Source: Eledone cirrhosa
Lineage: Eukaryota
Length of the DNA stretch: 64,000 nt
Assembly: GCA_964016885.1 (NCBI GenBank)
Contig: OZ024740.1
Location: forward strand, 224,936,001-225,000,000
Reading direction: 5' to 3'
How positions within the stretch are numbered: position 1 is the first letter of the stretch; each line of letters begins with the position of its first letter. This document shows positions 10,153 through 24,287 of the stretch, piece after piece. A model generated the notes under the pieces. That model had not been told where the DNA came from. It was given only the letters and a program-made list of their open reading frames with translations, and ran no database searches. The translations under genes were made by a program, and so were the position numbers.

Positions 10153-12760
10153 TATATATATATATATATATATATAATTAAGAGTAGTTTTCCGAAGCAG
10201 ATTGGAATGAATTATAGGTAGCTAAATTGCTCAATACATTACTAGAAAAGATATTTATTTTTATATGAATATATATATATATAAATCATCATCATCAACA
10301 TCATCGTTTAATGTCTATCTTCCATGCTAGCATGGGTTTATATATATATCCAGTATACCCTGTCCAGTGATAGTTTGTGTGCCACAGTAACTCATGCACC
10401 AAGTTCACACAGTTATGTGGTTGGCATTAACAAGTGCATCCACCTGTAGAAACCAAGCCAAAAGATAGATGAGATCATCTAACCTGACTAGTCTGATAAT
10501 GAAACAACCCATCTAACAACCCATGCAAGCATCAAAATAGAAGTGAAATGGTGTTGGTGATTATGATGCTGATGACAATGATAATGATGTAATAATGTAT
10601 TGTGATGATATTGTGATAATATATTTTGTAAAGTCCTTGAATTATATTGATACTATAAAAAATATATAGGAGGTTGGCTGATAGTGGCAATTGAAGTTGC
10701 TTTACAAGTTTTCCAGTTATGTTCTTGAGCAACCATCTTTTCCTGGTTACACATAGAATTGGGCAGCCTCCGGTAACTAACTGATTTATAAAAATTCAAA
10801 TAAAGATTTCAGTTATTGGGAAACTAACAATTCAAATATTAATTGCATTACCACAAGAATAGGCAATTAAGAAAAGAAGATAAATAAGCTCAAAAAATGT
10901 TATAATGAACATGCTAAAATATGAAATAAGTAGAAAACTATACATTACAATTCAAGAAATGATTTTAGGAATTGTGTTGCTGTGTCCAATGTGTTCAAAC
11001 ATGAAATGATTTGAAAGAACTTAAGAATTAAGATTAGCTCGCATAATCTATACAGCTGTTCTCTTCTAGATAGACTTAATAGAAGACTTTTAGTCATGAG
11101 AGACTTCAACTAAATAATTTTATTATCCGTTTTCAGATAGACAAAAAGACATCTTTGGAAATCTAATTGGTTATAAGAGTGAATAGAATTGAAAAAGCAC
11201 TGAAGAAATGAATGGGAGGAAAAATTATAGAGATGGATTTTAAAATGATGTAGGAGTATTAAAACATAACAATGATATCGAAGAATGTTAAAAACAAAAC
11301 ATCATCAATATCAGCCAGAATTTTATAGAAAAACTAGAATTGAAGAAAGAAAAATGAAAATAACTGGCAAATTGTTAATTTCTATTAACAATTGTGAGCA
11401 AGTAAAAGCAGAATGTTGTTTTAGAAAAGATTATTTAATTCAATGAAGCAGTAGTGTTGTAGCAGTAGTAAAGTAATAACATAATATCAAATTATTGAAA
11501 ATTTTCTGTGAAAGGAAACTTCCAAGATGGCTAGCTTTCACACAGCTCTCTAATGTTGTAGTGTTATTTGTGGATGAAATTAAACAGACGAATCTTATTT
11601 CACACGTCACAGTAGGAAGGATAATTTAATAAATTAAGTGAAGCATTTTCTATTTAGCATGTGAATTAGTCAATTTGATATGTTAATTAGGTCACTACAA
11701 GATTTGATCATATCGAATTTAAAGACTACTTGTTAAGTAAAATGGATCCTGATTCTTAATTAACGAAGTAGCACCTGAGTGCAGACACCGTGATAAGGAA
11801 TGTAAATACCATCACCCTCAACATGAAGGTGAGAAACGAGAAGACCAAGCAATAAGAAGTCCAAAAATATATTTCAGCATGAAAGGTGACACAAAAGAAC
11901 TGACAGAAATAATTATTTAGCTTTCAATCATCACCATCATCAGTCCAACCATTCTTAACTCCATCATTATCATCAGCAACATCAAATATTTTCTACCTTA
12001 TTTCCAAAGGCAAATATTGATTAAGAGAGTTAATATTTTCCCTCAGTTTGCTCCATCACTTTCATTGATTTTTCTCTTTTTCACCTTGCTTAATTTCACG
12101 GTATGGTAACATGTTTATACTCCACCTCTCCAGTTAATCATACTTCTCAAATAGTTTGTTGAAAAATATTCATGTGAATGTAATAAATAATAACGAAAAT
12201 GTCGATTTTTTTTTCCGATTACGAACATGTTACAATAAGTTTTAATAAATAGCTGTAAAAATCAACATGATTTGGCAAATCAATTTATTAGTATTGTATT
12301 TCATGATATGGAAACATATCGAGATATGTTCAATGTATGCAATGTACTTCAGACTTCAGACTTTGTATATACATAAAACAAAGTTTTATTAGACTTTAAA
12401 GAAATAGTGTGGAACAAGAAGAACATAGGCTATAAAATAAAAATGAATAACAAAATTTTTGCAAAGTATGAAACTAGATAGAGGAATGGAATTTTATGAT
12501 AATATTTGTCATCTTGTTAACCCTTTTGATACTAACCCACCTGAAAATGTCTCTGTTTCTCTGATACAATACTGTCTGTTTTAAAGTGTTCCTAATTATA
12601 TTAGAACCTTTCCTTATAATTTCTTGTACAAATATATTTCTTAATTCTCTAAAAAGGCTTAATAATGGGAAAATGTTAAGTATTTTACTAGATCAGTCCA
12701 TAAATTGAACCACATAATATATTTCTTTTGAAATAACATAGCAAAAAGGTAAAAGAAATA

Positions 12761-12799
<39 letters not shown>

Positions 12800-12900
12800 T
12801 TCCATCATCATTAGAATCATTACAAGCATCATCATTATCATCATCCCACCATCATCATCATCATCGCCGTCACCACAACCACCACCATCATCATCATCCT
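12761..12900. repeat. (CAT)n/(CAC)n microsatellite
   Basis: Trinucleotide tract. It explains the poly-Met ORF. Confidence 0.9.
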
Positions 12901-13917
12901 CGTAATTATCATATCATATGATGATAATTCTCATCAGATTTCCATCTATTTGTCCATGTTGGCATGAATTAGACAATACTATTTGAGGCAGCTGTATATC
13001 TTCCCTGATGCTAATCCTCACTTGTTTTAATTGAGGTACTTATCTTGTGAGATTAACCAAAGAATTACAAGAAAGATTGTGTAAGTGAAAGTCAAGTGAG
13101 AAGAGGAAATATGTGATGTCTGAATAAGTACCTCCACTTTCAACTAACTTACCCTTTACCTTTTGATCCCAGCCACCAGGATGGAAAATACATTGCTGTG
13201 GAGGATGGCAAGGGAGATGCTTGGGGCTCGGACCTACAAGCAGCCAACTCCACTCTGATAGCAGTGAATAGGGATGTGCTCCAGAGGCCAAGAACGCTGG
13301 AAGTCTCCACATGAGTCAAACCACAGAGCAGTGGCACATATTGTTGAAAGCTTGTATTTGACATAGAGAGCAACTGCTAAAAAATTCTCATATCTGGAAA
13401 TGTATCATGAAAAGTCAACTAATTTTTAAAATGCAAGATAACATCTTGTTTTTATTGGTTTATCATCATCATCATCACTCAGTTCAATCACCAACTACTT
13501 ATAGCAGGGAAAAAGCGGACGTAAAATGAAAAAAATGATATATAGCATCATCATTATCACTGTTTAACATTCATTTTTCCATGCTGGCATGGAAAAATAC
13601 AGTTACCCCGTATTGAAGCAGGGCTACTGATCCCCCAGTCAGGCTTCGGGTTCTACCAAGTGCATTTTACTGTGGACTATCACTAGAGATATAGTCATGT
13701 CCTTGACACAAGTGGAGGGTCCTCCAACCCTTTGTTTGGCAAGTTCTCTATGACTGGATGACCTTCCTATAACCAACTACTTCATAGTATGTAGTGGGTG
13801 CGTTTTATCATGTAGATCACCAACAATAGGGGGGTTGTCATGACCTTGACACAACTAAATGGTCTTTTTAACCCCTTGTTTGGCAAGCTTTCTATGGCTG
13901 AATACTCTTTCTATGTA

Positions 13918-13969
13918 GACAGTTACTGATGAAGGTTTCAAGAAAGATTGAATCTCAGGTGTGGCTGTT
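13918..13969 (+). ncRNA. Possible decayed hammerhead relic
   Basis: CTGATGA-aggtttcaa-GAAA-gat tga atc-TC. Distal acagttac/gtggctgt can pair, but proximal stem I and stem II are broken. Confidence 0.3.
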
Positions 13970-15649
13970 CATCTTTTTCAATCTACAGAGAAATATATAA
14001 ATAAGCCAAGTTTACATGCTTAACTATATAAAAAGAAATTTGTTAACATTCACATCTTTTCACAACTTCAGTTACAAATCCTGTACTGTTTGTACATATA
14101 TGAATTCATAGCTTCAGCTGCTTAGATGAATGGAAAATATCTAAATAATAGTTTCTTGCACAAGGCAAGTAATTTGTAGATAGGGGAAAGTCGATTAAAT
14201 ATACCCCAATGCATTACTGGTATTTTATTTTATCAAATCTGTAAGGATGAAAGGCAAAGCTAACCTTCGCAGTTATCTAAATAATTGGACTTGATTGATC
14301 AATTTTCGTTAGTGTTGGTCTGTTGAGACCTCCAGTGTCCTCAATCCCCAGACTGTAGTTTCCCTCCATAATGTCAGGATAAGTGCATTCAACCTAAAGG
14401 CAGAGCCCAAAGAGGTGAAATGGTTGATGCAGTGGGTGTTAATGGCTTTTCACTATGGCAATGCTTTCACCATGCTTTTTGCAGGGCAAAACTGAAATAT
14501 ACTGTGCAACCAGTATATTTCTTCTATTTAATATGTGTGTATTTGTGTGTGTATGTAAGTGTGGGTATGTGTGTATGTATCAATATATATGTGTACACTT
14601 ATATCTATACGGATTTTCATTATATTTATTTGTCTGTGTACATGTCAATTTATTTCTGGATCTTTATTTCTGTATTTATGATAAAATTTGTAATCTCCAT
14701 CTTCCTCTCTCTCTCTCTTTGAAAACAAGGTAAATCTTCCGTAATCATTGGTATATAAAATTACATTTTGATTATAACAGAATTATCAACAAAAGAAAAA
14801 TAGTTTCTGATCCATTTTAATTTTAATTTATCATAGATATAGTAAACATCGCAAACAGTGTAAAATATATATATAGATATATATAGATATAACTTCATAA
14901 ATCAATTTGCATATATTCACAACATATTCCAAAAGAGACATATATTTGTATTATAAAGTAATTTTTCATGATTATGCAAATATTTTTGAAATCTACTTTG
15001 CATCTTCTTTTTTTCTACTTTTGCAATGGAATTATCATATAGCATATTTTACTTAATGGATATACAAATAGCCAATTGATGAAAACTCACATGATTGTTA
15101 TCAAAATCATGACTGTGAACTGGAAAATAATTTCTTTCAATGTGAAATCAATTTGGAATCCTCAGTGATTGAATAGTGAAAGTGTTCAAAATTTGTGTTC
15201 AAATGTCTTTATTTCATATCTGGTTGAATATATTTATCTTTTTTTTTATTTTGAATACAACAACACAGCAAATAAGTTATGACAATTTTCCCTGCTAATG
15301 CAGGAGTTACCCTTGCAGGCCCTGTGGCAGGCTTCATAGTTATTATGCGGTTCTTTCGGAGTCAATGTTTTAGAGTCAGATGCCCTTCCTGGCACCAAAC
15401 TTTTAGGCCCCTTTTACAACATGCAGTTATAGAATGAATCTCATTTTAATTTGATATACACATTAAACCAATTTCCATAGACAAATATATTTAAGATACA
15501 ACATATTTGATTTTATACGAATGTAATAGGATATGGTAATGTATTCTTTCTCACACTTATCATCATCATTTCTCTGTAAATCTATGTTTTATACAGCATT
15601 TGAAAAACATATAGTTTAACTGAACACTAAATGAATAACGAGTACTCAA

Positions 15650-17160
15650 ACATAATTACTCAAACCATATGGGCCCAGACATTGCAGGAGGACACCCTGC
15701 CCTGATAATAAGGAAGTGGAATGCCAGAAGTCTACCACTACAGGTTTAATAACAAGCCTCGCAATCTTCAGCCGGTTGGGCAATGATGTCTGCGTCTGTT
15801 GCTGAATGCATTAGTTTGCTACTGGAGAAGGTGTCACTGCATGTTGCCTCCCTGATGAGGGGTTTATCACCACAGAATGGAAAGTTTGTGATGCCATCTA
15901 GCCTTCTGCCATCCTTTTTGGTTCAACTCCATCAGTTTGAGCTAGGAAGGGAAGCCTGCATCATTGAAACCATACTTAATGATCTCATTGAGAGAGCTTC
16001 TCATGGGAAGTGGCCAACAATGTAGCAGTGTATAAAGGATAAAATCGTCCACAGTGGATTCACAGTGGCACTTGTGTGGCTCACAGATCTGGAGACCAAG
16101 CTTCTAGAAAACAGTGATGTGCAGATAGTTGCTGTCCAGCTTAGTACTAGTTAATACCATAGCTAGTGTTAAGTCAGTTCAGTGACAAAAGAAATGCTGG
16201 AAATGCCAATGAGACTAAATACTGGAGACCAAGGCTACTTCTATCTGATGGATCAGGTGGCCTGTCTCTATATGGTTTAATCAAACTGAACATAGCATAG
16301 CACTTCTGCACCACACCAGAAACAGTTAGTTAGAGGTACTGTAGAAGTATATTCAAGCTTTAGCATGGCAAAGCAGTTACCCAATGGGAAGAGACTTGAA
16401 AGTGCATTGATCAGATTCAGCCTGCTCATAAGTATTTTACACTCATAAAGCCTAGACCTGAGGGTTGATCAGATTGCAGGCTGTGGTATCAGCAAACCAA
16501 GGATGAAAATGTCTTTCTTGGTGATCACTTGTACCTGATAGAGTATTGCCCCCACAACTGAGATAGTGGCTGTGGAACCCTCTGCATTGTAATTGACGAT
16601 GAGTTTATCTTGAAGTCGATCAACGCCAGAGCAAGAGCTGCTGATTGAATTTGTATCAGTCATTGTATCAACAAGATACCAAATGTTAAATGAAGCTGTG
16701 ATGCTCCAAGCATTGTTGTCTACCCTAAGAGCAATGAGGAAGGGGCTTAATTGATCATCCTATTGAACAGCAGGAGAAGATGATATAACTTTATTCATGG
16801 TAAGGAGGAGCATGCTTGGAAACATGTACAACAGGTCAGTGAATGGGCAGGTGGATGAAGCATGGCCAAGATATTTGAAGGCATTTTTCCTGTCAATGCC
16901 TAGAATCTCTCTGTCTAATTGCATGAGTAGGCTTCTCATACCTGCCAGTGGCCTCAACCCCTTGCTACATTAGGCTTGGTTCCTCACGTAATATAGAGAC
17001 AACAGATCTGTAGATGATCGATCTTGGCTGCCAGCCTTCTGTAGACCACAGCAATAGGGATTATACCATCCTCTTTTTTTTCCTATGGTTGTTCAGGCAG
17101 GCTGAAAAGAAGAGGTCTTAGGAATAAAGGCCCAGGGCACTGATACTTATATGTTTCAGA
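15650..17160 (-). pseudogene. Highly decayed non-LTR retrotransposon (R2-superfamily-like)
   Basis: Minus-strand remnants AFIPK, LS.LLFN and GLGL-like segments, plus a C-terminal VIKPVVV segment, in the expected order with many stops. Confidence 0.5.
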
Positions 17161-18779
17161 CCAGTCCTCTCAAAATCAGTATCTCATCACTTACTGCATT
17201 GTTTTATCATCACTTTTGGGAAGCTCAGAATCCTGTGATCAGCTTTCACTACTTTTGTTCACATGTTCGTACATCTTTATTTATCTTTATTTTCTCTGAC
17301 TACTATCCACTTAAAGCTCTCAGTATGCTTTTATACAACTGTTGTTATCTACACTTTACATTTCTTAATGAAATAAAACAAAAATATCATGAACAAATGA
17401 ATGCTCACAATGTATAGATGTGCAGGTATGGCATGAAAAGTTAATTAGTAAAAACTGAAAATGATTACAGTCAATGAAAAGAAAAGAAAGGAAATCTTTT
17501 TATTTCAAATAATATTCATAAAACCCTATAATTTGAAAGTGAACATTTTGACTCCTGGTCTCAGAAACAATTTATTTGTGTTCCCAGCTTAAATCATGTC
17601 AAGAACTACATGTGCCACACATAAAATAAATCTGTAAAATTAAATTTAAAACTATCCGACAAATTATCGTTACAATGAGGAAAAGAACCCAAATATCAAT
17701 AGTTGCTGAAAATGATGTAAAATATAAATAAAACATTATTGGAAAATAAAAACAAAACGAAATTATATTGATCTTTAGAATCATTGAAAATAAATCAAAG
17801 AAACAGACTCGAAGAAAATTTCAACAATATTGACAACATTAAGTAGATTTGCTGAGAAAAGTGTATCAGCTACAGCATGCAGTCAAATCTATTGCTGAAA
17901 CAAATCAAATCACATATATAACTTCAGTAATGATTGAAGTAGGGCATGGTTGTTTTTAGCTGATGGAATCAAGACAAATACTAAACATGAAATTACAAAT
18001 AGTATGCTATGTAGTTTATCTGACTTTAGAAAGAGGTCAACTTGTTGAATTACTCGAGAGGAAAAAAAAGGAACAGATATTGAATATAAAACCTACGGAG
18101 AATACATTTACAATAAAAGAGAGGGATTAAAGAAAAGGAAGAACTAATGCAAAAAATGTACTGAAAAAATGTCAGTCTTTCCAAAATTAACTATTGAATA
18201 TAAATAATATAGATAAATATATAAATTAATTAATTAGGACAAATTGAAATGATTATAAAAAGAAATTTGGATTACTAGAAAAATAAGAAAGATTATTTCC
18301 TGCAGGATATAGAACCAGAAACAATGTCACTGTAGTAGGGTTAGGAATAAAATAGTTGCTCATGTTGAAATAAGATTAAGAAATAAGAATTTTAAAAAAA
18401 TTTATCAGCTTCAATTTCCTTAAAGGAGAAATACTTAAATAAGAAAAATAACAACTGTCTGAAAACATTTTAGAAAAAATTGAAGCTAAATCGGATTTGC
18501 TATAGATGAATGCAGAAATAATTAATTAAAGAAACCATAAAATTATCTGTTATGGAATCCACTTTACTAGTGCACAATGAAAGAAAAAACAAGTTTAAAT
18601 AAACATCGTTATCAAATATATAATATATTTACAGTCATGAAAATAGACATATTATCAGGCAATATGTTTCTTATTGAGTATTATGTAGGTCTTTATAGAA
18701 GAGAAGAGATCAATAATTTCTTTTAAGAAGCCACCATTTTATAAGAAATAGAAGACGAGAGGCAAAGTTAAATAGGAAA

Positions 18780-18912
18780 TGAAACAGAATAAGTACAATT
18801 TCTTAGATTTACTTCAGTGTAGATTTAATCCATCATCCAGTTTAACACAACCACCTTGCCCTTATGTGTATTTAGCTGAGTCAGAAAATGAAAGTGCAAG
18901 TTCAATTTCTTA
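18780..18912. repeat. Degenerate ~110-bp tandem repeat; continues at 19291..19312 and 24292..24420
   Basis: atttaatccatcatcca...ccaccttg...tttagctga.tcagaaaatgaaag...aagt.caattt recurs on both sides of the Gypsy insertion. Confidence 0.65.
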
Positions 18913-19312
18913 GATAAAATGTAAAGAAAAACAAAGCAGTATTAGAAAGGACTATAAATGCCATAGACGAGAGGAAAACAAGAGAAAGAGCAAGGACTAT
19001 TAAGCAATGGAAGGAAGAAAGGGGGAGAGTGACAGACTCTAGACCGAGGTCAGAGTGGTATTTCGGTTGTGCCCCATGGACAAAATTGCAATGGCATTTC
19101 CATGGACAATGGCCAGTAACACATGCTGCAACAGCCACGCCATCTCACAGGACTCCTTCCTCAGAAGGGCAGCTGTCATTCAGATTTTACAGAGTTCAGC
19201 TGCATGGGGTCTGAGAGGATGCCTGAGATCTCAACTGCAACTAGTACAAAAAGGAAGTGGCCAGACAAGCCTCAGTATTTGCTTGTCTTCATATTTAATC
19301 CCCCACCCAGTC

Positions 19313-19735
19313 TGTAGAAGATCAGGCCACCTAGTTTTGACTTTGGAGGCAGTCGATTAACTACCCTTAGTTCTGACGTCAGTAGCTGAATATACTGGCT
19401 TTTCAACTTTGTATGTTGATGCGAGCAGATGCGTTTCACTGTGACGAAACAGCGATATTACACCATGCGGTCACGGGATATTTGAACACCGCCACGAAAT
19501 GATAATTACGAATTACCAATCATGGAGTAACTGATATGATAATCTGTTTTGTTTATTGCCCTGATTAAAATGCTCATGTACATATAATTTCGAGGTATGT
19601 TCTTTTTGCTTAATTGTTTACCTACACCTAACAACAAATAGAAGAGATGTTCTAGCAGCCAAGCTAGGGAAACGAACTCCCCTCCAAATCGTAAAACAAC
19701 GCAGCTTTCTAAAATTGGTGACCATCTCTCCGAAA
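19313..19735 (+). repeat. 5' LTR
   Basis: Starts TGTAGAAG and is a direct repeat of 23866..24287 with scattered substitutions. Confidence 0.92.
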
Positions 19736-19736
19736 G

Positions 19737-19752
19737 TGGTGACCCCGACGTG
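19737..19752 (+). promoter_or_regulatory. Primer binding site, tRNA-Trp
   Basis: TGGTGACCCCGACGTG lies 1 nt after the LTR and is complementary to the eukaryotic tRNA-Trp 3' end. Confidence 0.85.
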
Positions 19753-20197
19753 TTGCTATACACAGCCTTCTAAAAAAGACTTCTAAAAACTTCTAGAGAA
19801 ACATAGAAAAAGAAATTGACGAAACTAATATTTTATTTCTTGCAACTATTCGAAAATAACGAAATTGAAATTTGTTTGTTTAACAGAAAAAAAAAAGAAT
19901 TGACAATGGCTGACTGGTCCGCCAATTGTCTTTCTTCTTCGAAATGCAGCCATCTGATTGGCTAAGACGCAACATGTGATGCCATCTCCTTCTCCAATTA
20001 AAAAACAAAACAAAAAAAAAACATTTAACTTTTCTGCCTTGAATTATTGTGACTTGTCGATTCGGGAATTTGCATTTCTTCTTTCTTCATGGATGTTGAA
20101 GGAAATTTGTGTAGTTTTCCCGTTGTTCCAAACATCTAACGCGCGTTGCATTTCTTTACTTGGATATCATTTAGTATTTTTTATGTAGAACTGATAC

Positions 20198-23100
20198 ATG
20201 CTAATTATGAGTAGTCCTAATTTACCTGCCTCTTCTTCAATTTTGAACCAGCCCGTCTCGACACACGAGGATTCCATGTTAAAAGCTATTGACGCTTTGA
20301 CGCATCAAGTCGCTCGGTTATGCAGAGAGAATAGGCCGTATTCCCGGCGGCCTAGGAGTCGTTCGCGTTCTTTCGCGACTCCACGTCGGCATACTACTTC
20401 GCCCGCCAGCAATCCATTATTTTGCTGGTATCATGGCACCTTCGTGGAGAAGGCAAAACATTGTCGGCCTCCATGTAAATATTAAGCTTGGGGAAATGTA
20501 GATCAGAGTCACTAAAGGCGGCAAGTGAACTCTGCGAGACACAACAGAACCGCCATTTCTTCATAGAGGACCTCCTGTCTGGAAGATCTTTCTTCGTAGA
20601 TACGGGAGCTTCCTGTAGCATTTGGCCAGTGAACTGTGTTAAAGAAACTCCTCCTGAGTCATCAATGAATCTACAAGCTGTCAATCATTCGCCAATACGG
20701 ACTTTTGGACAAATCTCGCTTCCTCTGCAATTCAGAAATCTTCGACGAGAATTCAAATGGATTTTTACGGGTGATGACCTACCATACCCGATCTTGGGAG
20801 CGGATTTTCTACACCATTTTGCATTAACGGTGGACGTCTGTGGCCGACGCCTAGTAGACGACATTACTGGCTTCTCTCTTCGTGTCCAGAAAGCTAATTT
20901 TCCAACAGTAAGCCCGACCTTTTTCATCGCTAATGCTGGGAATCCCTATCATGCATTGATGAATTCTTTCCCACAGCTTACTCAGGGAAATTTTCGAGTT
21001 GTCGAACCGACTCACACAACGGAGCATTTTATCTCTACAACTGGCGCTCTAGTGTTCTCACGTCCTCGTCGCTTGCCTGCTGACAAATTGAAGGCAGCAC
21101 GGTCCGAGTTCGACCACATGCTGCAGCTTGGCATAATTCGCCCTTCTACGAGCCCTTGGGCTTCTCCGTTACACATGGTACCCAAGACTTCTGGAGACCC
21201 ACTGGGGATTATAGGAAGTTAAATGCTATAACTGTCCCGGATAGATACCCTATTCCACACCTGCAAGATTTTGCATCGTCGTTGCAGGGATGTAAAATTT
21301 TCTCGAAGCTTGATTTGGTGCGGGCCTATCATCAGATTCCTGTCAGGAAAGAAAATATTCCGAAAACGGCCATTACGACTCCATTTGAATCATTCGAATT
21401 TCTTACCATGCCTTTCGGACTTAGGAATGCTGCTAGCACCTTTTAACAGTTCGTGGATGAGGTCACTCGTGGTTTAGACTTCGTCTACACTTATATTGAT
21501 GATCTGCTTATTGCTAGTTCCTCAAGAGAAGAACACATACGTCATTTGAATCTTTTGTTTTGTCGACTCAAGGATTACAGTGTTCAAATAAATCCCACAA
21601 AATGTGTTTTCGGTGCGTAATCACTGAATATTTTAGGTCATGTCATTGACTCTGACGGTATTCGACCTATTCCTGAGAGAGTTAAAGCTATAGAGGATTT
21701 GCCTCCACCAACCTCACTCCGTCAGTTGCGCCAATTCTTGGGGCTAATTAATTTTTATAGGCGGTTTGTGCCTAATTGTGCTAAGCTACTCTTCGCTTTG
21801 ACGGAAATTTTGAAAAATTGCCGAAAGAAAAATAAAGACATTTCTTTGAATGAAACTCAGCTCGAGGATTTTGATAATGCGAACATTTCTCTAGCCAATG
21901 CATCTTTGCTGGCTCACCCAGTGTCCAATGCTAATCTTTCACTTTGTGTTGATGCGTCGGATACTGCCGTGGGCGCAGTTTTGCAACAAAGTAGGAATGA
22001 TCAACAGCAACCGTTGGAATTTTTCTGCAGGAAGCTGAAACCTGGCGAAACCCGCTACAGCACCTTTGGACGGGTGTTGTTAGCTATATACTTATCGGTG
22101 AAGCATTTTTCGCGCATCCTTGAAGGAAGAACGTTCACCATCTTCACGGACCACAACCCATTGACATTCGCCTTGCAAGCAAAGGCCGACAAATACTCGC
22201 CCAGAGAAACTAGACATGTCGACCTCATCTCTCAATTTACTAATGATATTCAACATATTCCGGGTTCTATGAATACAGCGGCCGACGCCCTGTCTCGTTT
22301 GCCTATTGCTTCGATCTCGTCGTCCGATGATATAGATTTGAATCGCTTGGCAGCCGATCAGCCTACCCTCGAATCATTTGATGTTACATCGTCTGAATTT
22401 GTGAATTGCAGGATGAAATACCTACCATTATCGGCCGCAGACGGACGGATCCTCTGCGACGTCTCTTTGGATGCGCCACGCCCTTTTGTTCCGTTGAACC
22501 ATCGTCGAACTGTGTTTCTTGTTTTACACGGCATTTCACATCCAGGATCTTCTGCCACAGTAAAACTCATAACGGCTAGATTCTTCTGGCCAAATATGAG
22601 ACGTGATATTACTGTTTGGTGCCGTTCCTGTGTTGCTTGCCAGAAATCAAAAGTTCACAGGCATATTAAGACTCCTCTAGTTACTTTTAGTAACCCGGAC
22701 GCTCGGTTTCGCCACATTCATGTGGACATCGTGGGATCTTGGCCAATCAGCGGTGGTCATAATTAGATATTGACTGTTATCGATCGTTTTTCGTGATGGC
22801 CTGAAGCCATCCCCTTGAAAGATATCACTCCTGAGACGACAACGCGTGCCCTTGTGTCTGGATGGATCGCTCGATATGGAGTACCAACGTCAATTACCAC
22901 AGACCGTGGAAGGTATAAAGTAACGAAAATCATCGGCGCTAAATGCATCCGAGCGACTGCATATCATCCTGCCTCTAATGGAATGGTGGAGCGCTTCCAC
23001 CGACAACTAAAAGCCGCCCTACGGACTTCTCCTGACTCTACGCGTTTGAGCGAGTACCTCCCTATTGTGTTGTTGGGGATTCGGTCAACAATAAAGGAGG

Positions 23101-23612
23101 ACCTTGGGTTCTCCCCGGCCGAATTATTGCATGGTGCTCTTCTAGCGTTACCTGGCAAATGCTTTCCCCTGCCGATCTTGCTGCACAGGATCCGCTTTCC
23201 TACGTATCCCGTCTGCGTTCCTATTTTCAAGACCTGCCGCCGATGGAAGCAAACTGTAAAATCTGCAGTCCCGAGGGATATTGCCTTGTGGACCCATGTG
23301 GTCGTGAGTAACGATGCTGTGAGACCACCTCTCACACAACCGTACTCTGGACCCTACCGTGTATTAGCTCGTTCCGAGAAACATTTCACTGTAGACATTA
23401 AGGGTTCCAGAGAGACGATTTCTATTGATCGACTCAAACGAGCACATTTGGACACAGACGCTATCACACCTAAGCCACAAATGCCCCCGTATTTTGCTTT
23501 CGCACACACACCTGATTCTTCGCCCCCTCCCCCTATCACCAAGATATAAGACTACGACCCGTTCCGGTCGGAGGGTTCATTGGCCCAAAAGTCTGTGTAG
23601 CACTATATTTTA
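20198..23612 (+). pseudogene. gag C-terminus plus pol (protease, RT, RNase H, integrase), frameshifted
   Basis: Gag knuckle CWYHGTFVEKAKHCRPPC. Protease [24 protein letters not shown] and YIDD (~21492). RNase H VDASD and FTDHNPL. Integrase HGISHPG..CVAC, HVDIVG, TDRG, NGMVERFHR and GPY. Multiple stops and frameshifts. Confidence 0.92.
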
Positions 23613-23851
23613 AAGCTGTTATTGTGCGGCGCTTTAATCCTGTATTTTCTATTTGAAGTATTTGAACTTTTAAAAATTGTATTTACATTTTATTATAATT
23701 TTTTTTTTTTTCGTTCTTGCATGCTTGTTTCATATGTTCTTTTGAAATTTGTTATGCCCTTCATGCTCGGTTGGGCTGATTGCTCCTTGGTTTGGGGTTT
23801 TTGCTACATACATGGTCCGATGAACCGATTTTTATTTCTTTTTCTAAAAAT

Positions 23852-23865
23852 CTGGTGGGAGGCCA
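23852..23865 (+). promoter_or_regulatory. Polypurine tract
   Basis: ctggtgggaggcca lies immediately 5' of the 3' LTR. Confidence 0.65.
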
Positions 23866-24287
23866 TGTAGAAGATCACGCCACCTAGCTTTGACCTTGGA
23901 GGCAGTCGATTATCTGCCCTTAGTTCAGACGTCAGTAGCTGAATATACTGGCTTTTAAACTTTGTATGTTGATGCGAGCAGACGCGTTTCACTGTGGCGA
24001 AACAGCTATATTGCACCATGCGGTCACGGGATAATTGAACACCGCCACGAAATCCTAATTACGTATTACCAATCATGGAGCAACTGCTATGATAATCTGT
24101 TTTGTTTATTGTTCTGATTAAAATGCTCATGTACATATAATATCGAGGTATGTTCTTTTGCTTAATTGTTTAACTACACCTAACACCAAATAGAAGAGAT
24201 GTTCTACCAGCCAAGCTAGGGAAACGAACTCCCCTCTAAATTGTAAAACAACGCAGCCTTCTAAAATTGGTGACCATCTCTCCTAAA
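23866..24287 (+). repeat. 3' LTR
   Basis: Direct repeat of the 5' LTR, followed by TSD AGTC. Confidence 0.92.

Larger units (their letters stand above)
19313..24287 (+). mobile_element. Ty3/Gypsy LTR retrotransposon, CsRn1/Kabuki-like, decayed
   Basis: Two ~422-bp LTRs, a 4-bp TSD AGTC (19309..12 and 24288..91), a tRNA-Trp PBS, a PPT, a Cx2Hx9Cx3C gag knuckle and PR-RT-RH-INT domain order. Confidence 0.93.

Noticed and set aside
11045-11100. HHR-like GAAcagctgTA with a tcttcta/tagaaga hairpin on the minus strand
   Set aside because: The 5' core reads CTAAAAG, GAAA is incomplete and stem I is unsupported.
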